Part shown: positions 1-12,200 of the stretch, piece after piece | Layout: every line of letters begins with the position of its first letter | Position numbering within the stretch: position 1 is the stretch's first letter | Origin: Phoronis australis | Lineage: Eukaryota; Animalia; Phoronida | NCBI GenBank assembly: GCA_002633005.1 | Contig: NMRA01000007.1 | Span: forward strand, 882,362 to 946,361 | Reading direction: 5' to 3' | Length of the DNA stretch: 64,000 nt | Notes under the pieces: model-generated | Databases searched by the model: none | Told to the model about the DNA's origin: nothing | What the model saw: the letters and a program-made list of their open reading frames with translations, nothing else | Program-made: the position numbers and the translations under genes

Positions 1-72
1 AGATTTTAGCTAGGTCCCAGGCTCCCAGCGTAGGTCCTCGCATAGGTCCTAGCGTTACTAAATGCACCCCTG
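1..72. mobile_element. Right end of a family-B MITE, truncated by the window edge
   Basis: Its reverse complement matches the left end of 11075-11224 (AGTAACGCT.GGACCTA...CCTAG.TAAAATCT). Confidence 0.55.
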
Positions 73-1115
73 GTTTATTTTCACATTCTGGTGTGCAAGA
101 CCGAGATGACAAAGACAAAATCTACGGTTTTTACCCACAATGCTGAGCATTTGTGGGAGCTCTAACAAATTTCACACTGCCACCTTGCTAATGAGTATTT
201 ACACTAAAATTAATTTGATTGTCATTCTGATGCTAATAAAGTTTTATTGTTGCATCCAGTGAATTGCAATGCAAACACAAAAAATTGAGTGCGGTGTGAT
301 AAAATGTTCTTCACTTGTCCTACTTAACTCTGAAGTATGTTAGCCGTCTTACATTTCGAAAAAACCAAGCCAATACAACACATTTTCCTACTTCCATAAA
401 AGAAAAGAGACGATTTTGGAATGTGAAAATTTGCTTTACCCCCCGACATTCTGTGCTGCTGGACTCTCATTTAATTCATTTGAGTTTTCCACCATAACAT
501 AGTGGTGATTTGAAGACAAAAAATTGTAAAACATATAATTGTGCCAATATATATCTCCATACAAACCAAAGACGATTGCAGATGGAACTTAACCTTGTTC
601 ATCAAATATTGTACTGTCATCTTGCAACACAAATTACTCCGCCCTTAGTAGGAAAATGGCCATAAATCCAGGCCAGGCATGTGACAATCAAATCAGGCTA
701 TGGGTTGATCACATAGACACAGAGGAACCAGTAATTTACAAGGAAGCAGAATACTGACTTATGTGATTACATTGAATAAACAAATGTATAACAGATGGAT
801 GAACACAAGTTTAGGGCATAACTTTAATCTCGCAGGCATTTATGCTACTTCCCACTTTTTAAACTCAAAGTAAACAGCGCACCATAAGGGGTAATGGGGG
901 GGCTACAGCCGACACTTGTTTCAGTGCTGCACAGCCCATGTCTGTGAGTGGCACACCATAGAGGCCTGGGGGGATTAGCTGAACTTAATTCACAGCTGCA
1001 CTGCCCATGGTAAAGCCAAGACTTTAAAAGCTTTTTAAATGTTTAAAACATATAATGCATAGTTAAAAGATTTCTAGTTTCTAAAAATGCATACAAGCAA
1101 AATTGACAAAACCAG

Positions 1116-1499
1116 GGCCCGGTCTCTAATCTTTGTACTCGAAACGAACTCGAAACTATTTTTGGCAATTTCTCTGCTTCTTTTGTGCGAACTTAAGATA
1201 ATTGGTTATCAGACTGTGCTCAAATACATTATAGTTTATGCAGGAGTTTCTAGTTCAAGTTTGCCCTTGAAGACCCTTACATTCGTGCTAAAATCTCAAA
1301 TTTCGAGTTCAAACTCGAACTTATTGCTTTAATATTGGGTTTACAAACTGTAAACTAAGGGCAATAAATTATCCGTAAGTTATTGTGTACTCGAGCATAG
1401 AATAATAGACACTTATCTTGATTTCGCCCAAAAGTAGAGTAGAAAATGCCAAACCTAATTTCGAGTTCCATTTCGAGTAAAAAGATTGGAGACTGGGCC
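1116..1499. mobile_element. MITE, PIF/Harbinger-like (family A, copy 1)
   Basis: ~40-bp TIRs (GGCCCGGTCTCTAATCTTTGTACTCGAAA...), CAG/CAG 3-bp TSD; second copy at 43925-44310. Confidence 0.85.
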
Positions 1500-2910
1500 C
1501 AGGTGCATTTTGACCCTTAGTTGGTGTGGAATTCGACGCCTGTAACACATGGACAACTAGCAGAATGCTGCTGATACAAATCCATCAAATGTGTTTTACA
1601 GCGTAAAATTCCATGAAAAAAAGAACTGAAACCATAGAAATGACTGTGCAATCACTTATCAGTACACAAAACTGAATGCTTGGATTTAAAAACAGAACTT
1701 TGGTAAAAACAATGATGAATGGACAACTTCCGAATAAGATTCAATGTCCACATGCAAACTCTTTGGAGTGTTTCCTAATAGGTCTCTTCACAGTGTCAAC
1801 AGGTACTATAACCCATGTTAAGATGAAACAAACATTAACATTAAATCACTGGACTTTGGTCATGTGAGTAATAGGTGGGCGGTCAGACTTCAGCGTTTGA
1901 ATATTTTCTATGGTTGGTTTACTATGACTTCAGAGCAAGTTGCATCGATTTGTTTAAAACACATGACCAGAATAAAATTATTTTTGCCACAATGTGAACG
2001 TCTAAGTCAAGGTCTCAACTTGACATAGCAAAAGTCAATACATGTCTGCTTTAAGAACTTTTTTTAGACATTTGGAAGAATTGTGCTTGACAACTGGTAA
2101 TGAGAAGAATAAAAACGGGTACTATAAATAGTTATAATACAATGAAAAACACAGTAAAACTTGAACAAATGCAGACGAATTTTCACTTCAATCGGACAAA
2201 CTTCCGCAGTACAACTACCGGTATTCAATTTCTTGCTGTGTGCCCTTCATATCAGTCAGATTTCACTTTAGTCGAATAAAGTACAATTAGATAAAAATAT
2301 TCAAACAAAAGGACAAAGAATCCCATGTCTATTACGTGACAGTTGGGCGGATGGTGAATTCATCGAGGGTGAAGTCTTCCCTCACAACCAGGAATAAAGG
2401 GGAATTAACAGGGGAGTAAGAAACGAGACTAAATCGCTTTGTAATTAAAATTTTGCTGCCCTAATAGGTCTTACCCATCCTTTTTGGTGTTAACAGAAAT
2501 GTCAATCACGACTGCTGGAAACAGCATTTTATCCAATTCCCTTTGTACTGTATCCGTATTTATGTATGTTTACTGTCTATATAGAAAGTGTACAAGAAAG
2601 ATGACATAGTTAATAATCTCAGTTATCACAGGGATCTGCTCCTTGAACCTGACATGACTAAAACTTAACCCAATGACCCATGGCCTGGATACAGAAACAT
2701 CCAGGTTCTGTTGGTAAACATCTCAATGCTTCAACCAGAACTCAAAAATGTTTACAATCAGATCAAGTTACATAAACATTATTTCTAACTTCAACATAAA
2801 ATCTCATTACATAAATACCTCAACAACACTCCTCAGTGAGGCATGGAGTTTTGGCTGGGCAATCATATGTAACATGAATGGAGACAGAAGCAGTGGAAAT
2901 ACAGAAAACG

Positions 2911-3038
2911 TGAGTCTAAAACTGGAATTTACTTACTGGTACTTGAGTTAGCGAAGTTGCGTCATGTGGTCGTGAGAGAGGCACACAACAACAACACTGC
3001 ACGCTAACTCAAGTATCCAAATTCCAGTACTTGACTCA
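2911..3038. repeat. Short inverted repeat / mini-MITE
   Basis: TGAGTC..CTGGAATTT..TACTTGAGTTAGCG paired with CGCTAACTCAAGTA..AAATTCCAG..GACTCA. Confidence 0.6.
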
Positions 3039-4060
3039 ATTTTTCTGAATTTTGTTACCTCAATTGGATGTCTTAAAACTTTCATGCTTTGGTAAAAGCA
3101 GTGGGTTTTTATAACTTGCTTTACAGAAAGAATTCTCCAGTTTCATTATTGTGCTCAAGGTCGGAGTTCATATCAAATTTTAGAAATAAGAGCAACATTG
3201 GCCGTGCCAAATTCAAGAACCATTGGAAAGAAAAATTTGCATTGGTAGCTAATTTCTACAATTTTATCCCCAACTTAGTTGATACAAAATGCAGTGTCCC
3301 GTATTTGAGAAATATGTTGAAAGCCAAACTAATTCATGTCCCAATTTTAAGAATCAAGAAAATTCAATTTTAGCTTGAAATTCAATGTCCAAGATTTTAA
3401 TTAGAAGTTATCTGAAATTGGAGAATTTTCTCACTTTCGTTTATGGTGAAATTTCATTAGCTTCAAAGAAAACTAATTACGAAACGTTTTCGTTTTACCA
3501 AATCTTCAGTCTGTTAATGTTGTGAATTTCTACACCTTCTCTAAAACATTGTCTAATGCAAACTATGGTGTAAAACTTGAAAATGGTGGACCATTTATTT
3601 GGTGCTAGCTACTATCATTTATGAAAAAAATAATAGAATTTCACTGATCAGTCATACTGTGTCCTAAATTAGCAACATTTTACCACAAGTCCGAAGTTCT
3701 TCAATTAAGATTGTGCGTTGGTATGTTGTAATGGCTCACGCAAAGAAAGTTTGCCTAGCATAAAATCATTGGATGAAAAAATCTTTTTTATCTTTGTCAG
3801 CTACACTGGTTCTGTTCAAAAACCTTTCATTTTAGATTGGTTCAATGACTTCAGTCACACACCATGCTTGTGCTCCCGGTACACTAAAGCGCTGCCAGAT
3901 GTTAGCTAATGCATCAATACCAAATATTTGCTCTTGTTAATGCTCTAATCCCAAAATACAGGAAATGTGAAAGTACTGCCAATTGTTTATATGGGAATGC
4001 GAGTCAACAACAGGAAACAGAATGTTAAAAGTAGTGTATCAGATAAATGAGTAGGAAGAA

Positions 4061-4523
4061 CCAAAGGGTTTTGAAGTGAGCTCCTTTCAGCGAATTGAAA
4101 CAAACCAAATGCGCACAATTGCTTAATCAAAGCAAAGTATTAGTTATTCAACGCAAAATTCGTTACGATTATGTTTCAGCGCTTATTCAATGCGCATAGT
4201 TGCTTATTGTGTACGTGCTTTAAATAAGTTCGGCCATGTTTTGTCTGTGCTGCCTCCTCTCGGCAATACATATGGACTGTAAACTTGTGTTTGATACATT
4301 ATGCAGTTAAGGTGTTGAATAATCAATTCTGAGCGTTGGAAAAGCCTAGAGTGATAATTGCTGAATACCCAATTCTGCACGTTGAATAAGCTTCTTAAGA
4401 AATGTAATATTTTAAGAGCAATTTTGCTATCAATTAACTAATTCTTCGTACTGATTAAGCTACTATGCCTGTTGAATAAAAACATTTCAATGCACAGAGA
4501 GGAACTCATTTAAGAATCCTTGG
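4061..4523. mobile_element. Old MITE with imperfect ~40-bp TIRs
   Basis: CCAAAGGGTTTTGAAGTGAGCTCCTTTCAGCGAATTGAAA vs reverse complement CCAAGGATTCTTAAATGAGTTCCTCTCTGTGCATTGAAA. Confidence 0.5.
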
Positions 4524-5529
4524 CACTTCACAAATGAGGAACCATAGGGTTATCTCTTAAAATCAGACAAAAGAAAGCGCTCTGGGAATTCAAAATCCAA
4601 ACCAGTGCAAAACTTTAAAAAGGGGTCGGGATAATCCAGTTGTTTATTTGTCAATGGTGAATTCTTAACTGAAGCGCTTTGGGGTTTAAAAACTTTACCA
4701 CGCTTTTCTGATCTTGAATTGTTTCAAAATGATCTGACAATTCAAATAACAATTGATGTTTATAAGCATCATTTTAAGGTTGGCCATCGCCAAAAAACTC
4801 TAAATCATTTTCTTGAGTCCTTGATGGTTTCGATGTTCTTGTTGAAAATGGAAATCAAGTCTTACCACGGTAAAGACTATTGTGAAAACAGTTAATAGGT
4901 TTTAATGGCTTAATACATATTTTTAGTGCTCTGCTAACTACTGTTTTTTTAAAGCAAGGAAACATGGCTACCTGAAGCAAGGATAAAAACCTACCCTAGG
5001 CAATATCATTATTGATCAATACTTGTTCCACTACTAAATGAAGTAACCATTCATCCACACACAGACTACAGAATATTTTCCAAGTCATTCTGAGTCACTG
5101 TATGGCAACAGTAAACATCAAAATTGCGTCATATTACATAAAAGAGCATCAAGAATTTTAAACAAGCGCCCATGTTGGTGCATCAGAACTAATTATAAGG
5201 AGCAGCCCAGAAGGTGCTTATTAGCTCCAGGTAAAGCAAATAGACTTTCTATTTTAGCCACGGTCCTCCAGGGGGTGTTGCAAGTCAGAATCAACAGAGT
5301 TGCTGACCACAATCTGTAGACTACAGAACAAATATGACAGGTTTTGTCAGAAATCTGTCGAGTGGTTTTAACAATTTTTGAAGAAAGAAGTAATATCTCA
5401 CTAATTTAGGACATACGGCAAAAATGATTTTTTTAAACATTTTTCATAAAAAGGAAGTAGTACCAAAATGAATACTTTTTCATTTTAAGGTATTAAAGGA
5501 CCCTACAAAAATGTCCAAATATGGCTAAC

Positions 5530-5900
5530 TTCTGAACATCACATCTCAAAAATGGCTGATCAAATTCATGTGAAACTTTCAGACACTATGGTGTATGAAG
5601 CACTGTTTTCAAAAATGCTGTTACAAAATGTTTTTACAAGGTTCTACTTTCGCATGACGGGCTACCAAAAACATGATCATGATTTTCATAGAACTAAAGT
5701 AAAGTTTTGAGATCTCATCTTGAACATTGATATCAAATAAAACTTGATCCTATTATTGATTGTATAGATACTGTTGTTTCATTATCAATGTGCCTTTCTT
5801 TTTCTAGTCAAAAATCAAATGCTAAAGGCTTTTAATTTTCAAACAATAACTAATTTTACAGAATTAAAACCTATCGTTATTTAGATATTTGACAAAATAT
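5530..5900 (+). repeat. Interspersed repeat, with a homologous copy at ~49400-49815
   Basis: Shared ATGGCTGATC..ATTCAT.TGAAACTTTCAGA.ACTATG and further colinear blocks. Confidence 0.55.
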
Positions 5901-6620
5901 ATAGACTAGTCCTACACAACCTTAAGTGAACTATACCATAGGTATCATCATATACTAGTGCTGTTTTGAGAAATTGTGGGTATTCAAAGCCTGTGAAGAT
6001 GAAAAAAAATTGTGGCAATTGTCACTTTTTCTGGCATTGGTCAGACTTTACCACAATATATTAAAGTGCTATTTGAAAGGACATCATTTAAATTGGTGTT
6101 TGTTGGATGATGATCTTTAATAGGCAAATGCTTAATCCACAACTGAAAAATTGAACACATTCTGTTTAGCTGAGGTTCATATATCGTGTGCACAAGTCTT
6201 TTCCTAAAAAATAAAATTTTAGCAACAAAGGTATTCTACCATAGGTGTCTGTAAATTTTGTTGATTATCATGTTTGCCATTGTAATGGACTAGCGGGCAG
6301 GTAGCCAAATATACATGTAAAATACCATACTTGCCTGAGTTAACAACTACCGGTATATTCAGTTTAAGGCTCATCGATGAAGTTTCTCACTATTTTAACT
6401 TTTAAACCCTTTTGCTCACCTTAACGCCAACTCAAAATTTCAAGACTACCTTGAAAGCACCCATGTCCTGAGCATACAAAACTTGCTTAACTTCATGAGT
6501 AAAAATCAGTCAAGAGTTTCAGCGTTTACCCAAACTGACCATGACGTGGATACTAGTAAACACCGACCCTGGGCTTCTTATTTTTTTATTTTAAACGTCA
6601 ATTCTCTGCTCAACACCCAC

Positions 6621-6687
6621 CTTGCATGGATCTTTCCAATACCTGGTGAGCAGCCGTCTCTTTAATAGTACAGCAGCATATCACAAG
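6621..6687 (-). other. Possible second (non-coding/UTR) exon of the divergent transcript
   Basis: gttttctctcag acceptor and AAG|GTGGGT donor 67 nt apart. Confidence 0.35.
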
Positions 6688-7547
6688 CTGAGAGAAAACT
6701 CACTTACATCTTGTAGTGGTGTCTAGATAAGCGATTGCAAGAAATCACAAATGAAATTTCAACCTAATTTCCACTAAAAAGGAACCAGTGCAGTGAAATA
6801 ATATTTAAAAAAAGTTTAATTGTTTTATACAATGGTGCATCAACTATATTGAACCTTATACTGGCTGGAAAATTGGAAGGGGGTGATAAGATCAAGAGCA
6901 GGCGCCAACTATGGACAACACATCGAAATGTTAGGACAGCTAAAATTTGTTTTCGTTTTTAAAAACGCACAATATTACACATATTAATAGAAATCCATAA
7001 ATTTCAATATCACGAAACTGTAAAACGTGTAGAAATTGGTACATGCATTCAAAACTTATTCTAATTTTAAGGCTGAAATTCATGTCGCCAAGGTGGCCAT
7101 TATCAGATTGCCCTGAAGAAAAAGTCCATTTCCAACGGTCACTTTTTATGAAAACAAAAGTATACGACAATGAAAGTTTGGGTGAATTTAGGGCATCAGT
7201 CATCAGCAAAGTGAAAGTGAAATGTGTTTGAAATAACTGTGGACAGCAGTGCCGCGACAAGCAATATTTAGTGCATTAAAACAGATTATTGAATCTCTCC
7301 GCAGACAAAAACATCGAAAAGATGACAAATAACGTACTGAATATGAACGTTGCATTCTGAATGATGAGTTTTGGGGATTTACTCATTTGTTGCAGAAGAT
7401 GAACTGGTATATGAATTTCTCAAACGAATTCAAAACACTCGCAAATTAATAGCATAAATAAAACAACTCCATTGGCACAATGATAAAAATTAAACTCATA
7501 AATGGGTCCCTCTTAAAAATGTCTGTCGGAGACGTGTTATACCTGAC

Positions 7548-8257
7548 CAGGGCTTTATCCAGGATTTCGAAAATAGGGTGTCCAAAATGGGGTTCCCAAT
7601 ATTCCAGGGCGTCCATGATTCCAACGACGCATTACCCCCACTCCCACCACCATTTACCAGTAGCCCCCTCCCCCCACACACAGGGAGCTTTTTTACAAAA
7701 AATGCATTGAACAAGGCTTTTGCATGTAAGTTTACAAAAACAGCTCTCTTGTAGTGATGTTTTTACTAAAAGAAACTGTGTGGATCAAGAATTTTTATGT
7801 GTAAATTTACAAAAACAGACAACCAAACAGGTATTACAGATATTACAGATTTTGGTTGAACGACCAGTGCAGATTGCTGTTTTAAAGTTTATCATATCAT
7901 TTTAAGTAGCTTTACATTATGTACAATGAGTCATCAAAGCTGCAGTTACCAACATAAGAAAAATGCACAGATGATGCCACGTTGTCTATGGCAGAGACAC
8001 TCTGGCAACCAAACACTGCTTATGATTGACAGGTCTACAAAATACTTTGAAAATAGTTTGAACATTGTAACATTTTATATACATTGTATATTATTTCTGA
8101 GTTGAAAGGCCCAACTTCTCTCTTTCATTAACTGGGTTGTCCTAGTAATCTTACAATGTGGGTGTACAAAGGAGAACAGTGGGCGTCCTTGCCAGGGCCT
8201 CGATTAGTGCTAAGGTGTACAAATGGATGCCCAGGACATACGCTGCATGAAGGCCTG
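7548..8257. mobile_element. hAT-like non-autonomous element
   Basis: CAGGGCTTTATCCAG / CAGGCCTTCATGCAG termini; degenerate 8-bp TSD TACCTGAC/TCCCTAAC. Confidence 0.5.
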
Positions 8258-8645
8258 TCCCTAACTAAAGGCCAGCGAAAGTTGGTTCCAAGCAGCTATT
8301 TGACAAGTGGAACCCTTTCACTTTTACCATAGATTACTTCCTTGAAATTAAATTTGGTGCGTTTCAATTAATACTGGTTAATTAATGTCTTTCTTAAACA
8401 GTTAAAGAAGCTCACCTTCTATCACAAAACAAAACTTTCCCCGTGAAGCTATCAAGAGGTTTAAGTCAACATCACCAGACATCTCATCAAGATCTGGTTC
8501 ATCTTGACATGTTCATTCATTCTAAAACACCACAACTCCCATACAAAACCTCATAAACAAGACAATTTTGAATGCATTGCCCGAATATCTTGAGGAGCCG
8601 AATTTATTATTTGATGGTTTCCTTAAAAGACGTTAATTAACTTAC

Positions 8646-8760
8646 CGAGGAATAGGCAGTTTAATGCTAAAACTTGAGCAAACGACTAGAACAGTTGATT
8701 TTGGATTCTGATCTTGCCATCTTGATATTTTCTTTTGGCGATATTATCTCCCCTTAGTTC
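8646..8760 (-). other. Probable first (5'UTR) exon of a divergently transcribed gene running leftward
   Basis: Strong TCG|GTAAGT donor at 8645; CAAGATGGC (YY1-like) motif; next to promoter motifs. The 5' end is approximate. Confidence 0.5.
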
Positions 8761-9233
8761 CGGTTTCATCTGCTCGAGTCACGTGACTTACTTCGTCCGA
8801 TTCAACAAAAACATAATTATCTACTCCACTTCTAACAAACTACAGTGTTCGTGAAGCTCAATGCAATGTTTGGGTTATCAAAAAGTATGCACATAAATGT
8901 ACAGTGAATCAAAACTTCTGCGAAGCAGAATTTCAAAGAAGTTATATTCATAAAAGTCTCCATCTTGGATTTGAGAATGCTGGTTACTTTTACCTTAGTT
9001 AGTAATGGAACAGCAAAATTATTGGCTTTTCAATGGTTGGTTTGCGTAACTGAATAACACTAAAAATTTTCGATATTGTACGTGTCGATTATTTGAATTG
9101 ATTGCAATCAACAAGACATATTATTTTCAACAATAACCTGAAATTCCTGGATTCAGCACACATGGCTATATTATGTACCCTCAAAACTGTGGTAGATTTG
9201 TGAAGCGTGAGCAGACGGCTGCACGAAGCAAAT
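8716..9233. promoter_or_regulatory. Putative bidirectional promoter
   Basis: Lies between two divergent first exons; 12-bp palindrome AGTCACGTGACT (8777-8788), ETS-like TTCCGGT (8758-8764), YY1-like GCCATCTTG (8716-8724). Confidence 0.5.
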
Positions 9234-9297
9234 ATGTCGTCTGGTCGCAGAACTTTGAGGGCAACAAGATCGTCCAAGAAGTTGTCGTCTGTCTCGG
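9234..9297 (+). CDS. ZF gene coding exon 1 (MSSGRRTLRATRSSKKLSSVS)
   Basis: ATG at 9234; donor G|GTATCT, phase 1, matches the next exon. Confidence 0.65.
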
Positions 9298-12200
9298 GTA
9301 TCTATTAGATTACCGGTCCTGTTTGGTACAATGTGAAAACGTACAAGTTGGTTTGAGTAATTATTGAGTGATCCCAGAAATGAACTCGAATTTCGAAGCT
9401 TGGAAATTTGACCGAAATTCGGCTGCTAACTCGAATTTGTTTTACACAGATTTGTTTTATTCGCGTGTGCCTTTTTGTCATTTGTAACTTTTTAAACTTA
9501 GACCTTATGAACGAGTTACGTTTACTGATGTTGAGCAATAGCCATGTACCGCCTTTGCCTTTTGTTAATTTAACGTGAATTGGCAAGGCATGGCATTATG
9601 TGCTGTTTTTGAAATTTGAAATGGTGGTCAAGTCAAGTAAAATAAATAAACCCACATTTCACGATGTGTGATGAAGCATTAGCCCATTCAAATATTTACT
9701 TCAACCAAATTGTATCTTGTCAAAATACTGCAGTGCTATATTTTCCCGCCTATGTAGTTTACTCATTCGGTAGCACATTTTCTTGTCAGCAGAAAGATTA
9801 TGCAATTTGTTGGTTAGATTTTATTTTTAGTTTATTTCTAGCTTCAGCTTTTCAATATCAAAGTTTCAGTTCTGCATTGCGAGTTCCGATGCCAATGCTA
9901 TTCAAAATAGTACGAGAGTGCAATGTATCTTTCGTTGTTTGTTCGACCCGGCACAATCATAAACTAGGTCAGTCTGCGTGGCATCGACAGAGGGAGCTCA
10001 ATTTGGCACATCACTGTATTTGCTTCTTTCTACATTATTTGCATCATCTTTAGAATGTTTTTTGTATGAGCTTAAGAGCTGCAATTTATAATGAACTCGA
10101 TTTTATCAGCAGAAGTCGGATTGGTGGGTCCCACATGTTGAGAACCTAAGTTTTAATTGCCTGTTATTTATTAAAAGTGATTCTCAGAATGCAGAACCCA
10201 CCTATACGAATTTTACCATTTTACCTTTACAGAATCATCAGATGAAATTTTAGAGAAAAGAAATTCTAAGTCAGACTCGGAACCTGCCTGTGAAGATGAG
10301 AGACCAGACAATGGGGGTTTACTTGATGTTTTGGCACACGTTGCTACTGAAAAACTTCACGAAGAACCCAAAAGCTCTCAGTCAAGAAAATCTATTTCAA
10401 AAGTATGCCTCTTGAGCAGTCTGTATTGATTTTTTAAGCTGTTAATGAAGAAGAGTCACACCTATAAACAACTGACCCTTAATTGATTTACTAGTTAAAA
10501 ATATTTTGTAACGTTGAAACAGATTTGTTAAAGGTGCTTTCATATGCTTTTGTCTAAGCTGCTTGTTATTTCCCAAATTAATATTGTAAGTGAAGGAGGA
10601 AGGAAAATGGGTGTACAGTTTTATTTTTTTTTTTTAAATAGCATCGTGCAAACTGGTTGATATATAGTTATTAAGGAGACTTTAAAGCCCTCTTTGCTTT
10701 CAAGAATGCTGTGTGTGGTTGAGTAAGTGGTCATGTCTAATCCTACAACTTCCTTTCTAGATTACCCAGCGCAGTATACGCAGCAGAGATGTACTGACTC
10801 TAGATCAGATCAGTTCTCTCACGGATAAAGCGCTGGTCAATCTCTTTGCTGAGATGACAGCCAATGAAATGAAGAAGAATTACACTTACACGTGCATGCT
10901 GATGCCTGACAAGTGCTGCAAGTCCTTCACCAGCTTCGGCAATGAGAGCAAAGCGCGTATACAGGTCAAGGCCCATCTGTTCCAGCATGTTGGTCAACTC
11001 ATTAATGATGCCAATGGTGGGTTATCAGATTTTAGTCTAGCAAGCTCTTTGAAAACATGGTGAAATGAAAACTGGCATGCGTTCAGTAACGCTTGGACCT
11101 ACGCTATGACCTAGGTAAAATCTAGCTAATGTCACGTGTACTCACTTAAAATATATGGCAATATTTCGCGTAATCTCGGGAAGTCTTGCTTTTTAGCGAG
11201 GTCCTAACGTTACTGAACGGGAGGCTGGTGTGACATTGTCTTTTAGATGTTACAAGCCGTTGGTCATCTTTGTGATCTTGTATCATCATTATGCTGTTAT
11301 TTTGAAAAATACTCAACTCTGATATTCTGAGCAGGTGACGTGTGAACACTAATTCCCTATATTGGTACGAATGTGAATTCATAGTAGTGTTCAACTATTT
11401 AGCAATGATGTATGTGATGTGGAAAGTAATTTAAACTGTAACATTTTACAGATCCTTTCAAAACACAACGGGTGAAGTTCACATCTGAGCCTTTAGCAGC
11501 GAGGAAGAAAAGGCTAGCTGGTAATTACTAATGCGTCGTAGTAGTATGATGTGTCTAGGAATTTCTGGGGTTTTTTTCTGTTCCTTCAGTGCAGCTGCTC
11601 TAAACTTAAGTATTTTTGCGCAGATGTCTGGCACATAGACTTGCAATGTAACATGTTTCTAGCAACTGAGAGAAGTAATATTTCATCGGATAGTTGATTG
11701 TTGATGAGAAAAATATGAAGAGGTCACTCTTCTCTATAGTGGTCAGTGGTGTGAAAACAGGGATCCCTTATTAAGCTATCATGAGGCACGTTCACAATTA
11801 AATTTACAGCTGAAAATGCCATGTCCAAGAAGAGGACCAGATTGGAGGATGAAGAACCCACATCGCCCAAGTCCACTGGGAAGAACTTGGCAAAGAAAGC
11901 TGGCAACAAGTCGAAGGCAAATGAGAATTCCTTTGGCAAAAGGAGTGACTCAGGAAAGTCCGTGCGACTGGCTACAAAAAATCAGTTGGAAAAGTTGAAG
12001 CAAAAAGGCAGTTTTCTGAGGAATATCCGAAATGTCAAGTTGCCACACGGAGAAGGCCAAACTGTAGTGCACACAACGGTGCACACTGTTAGGAATGCGT
12101 CTTGGAGTAAGTTCACTCTGGAAGAGGAGGAAACTGCCAGCGGCACCTCCAGGAAGAAGTACAAGCTAGACGAGAAGTTTGGCTATGTTGATCCAACACC

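Noticed and set aside
1087-1332. ORFs 1087-1332 and 43898-44134 with similar peptides
   Set aside because: Both lie in copies of a non-coding MITE.
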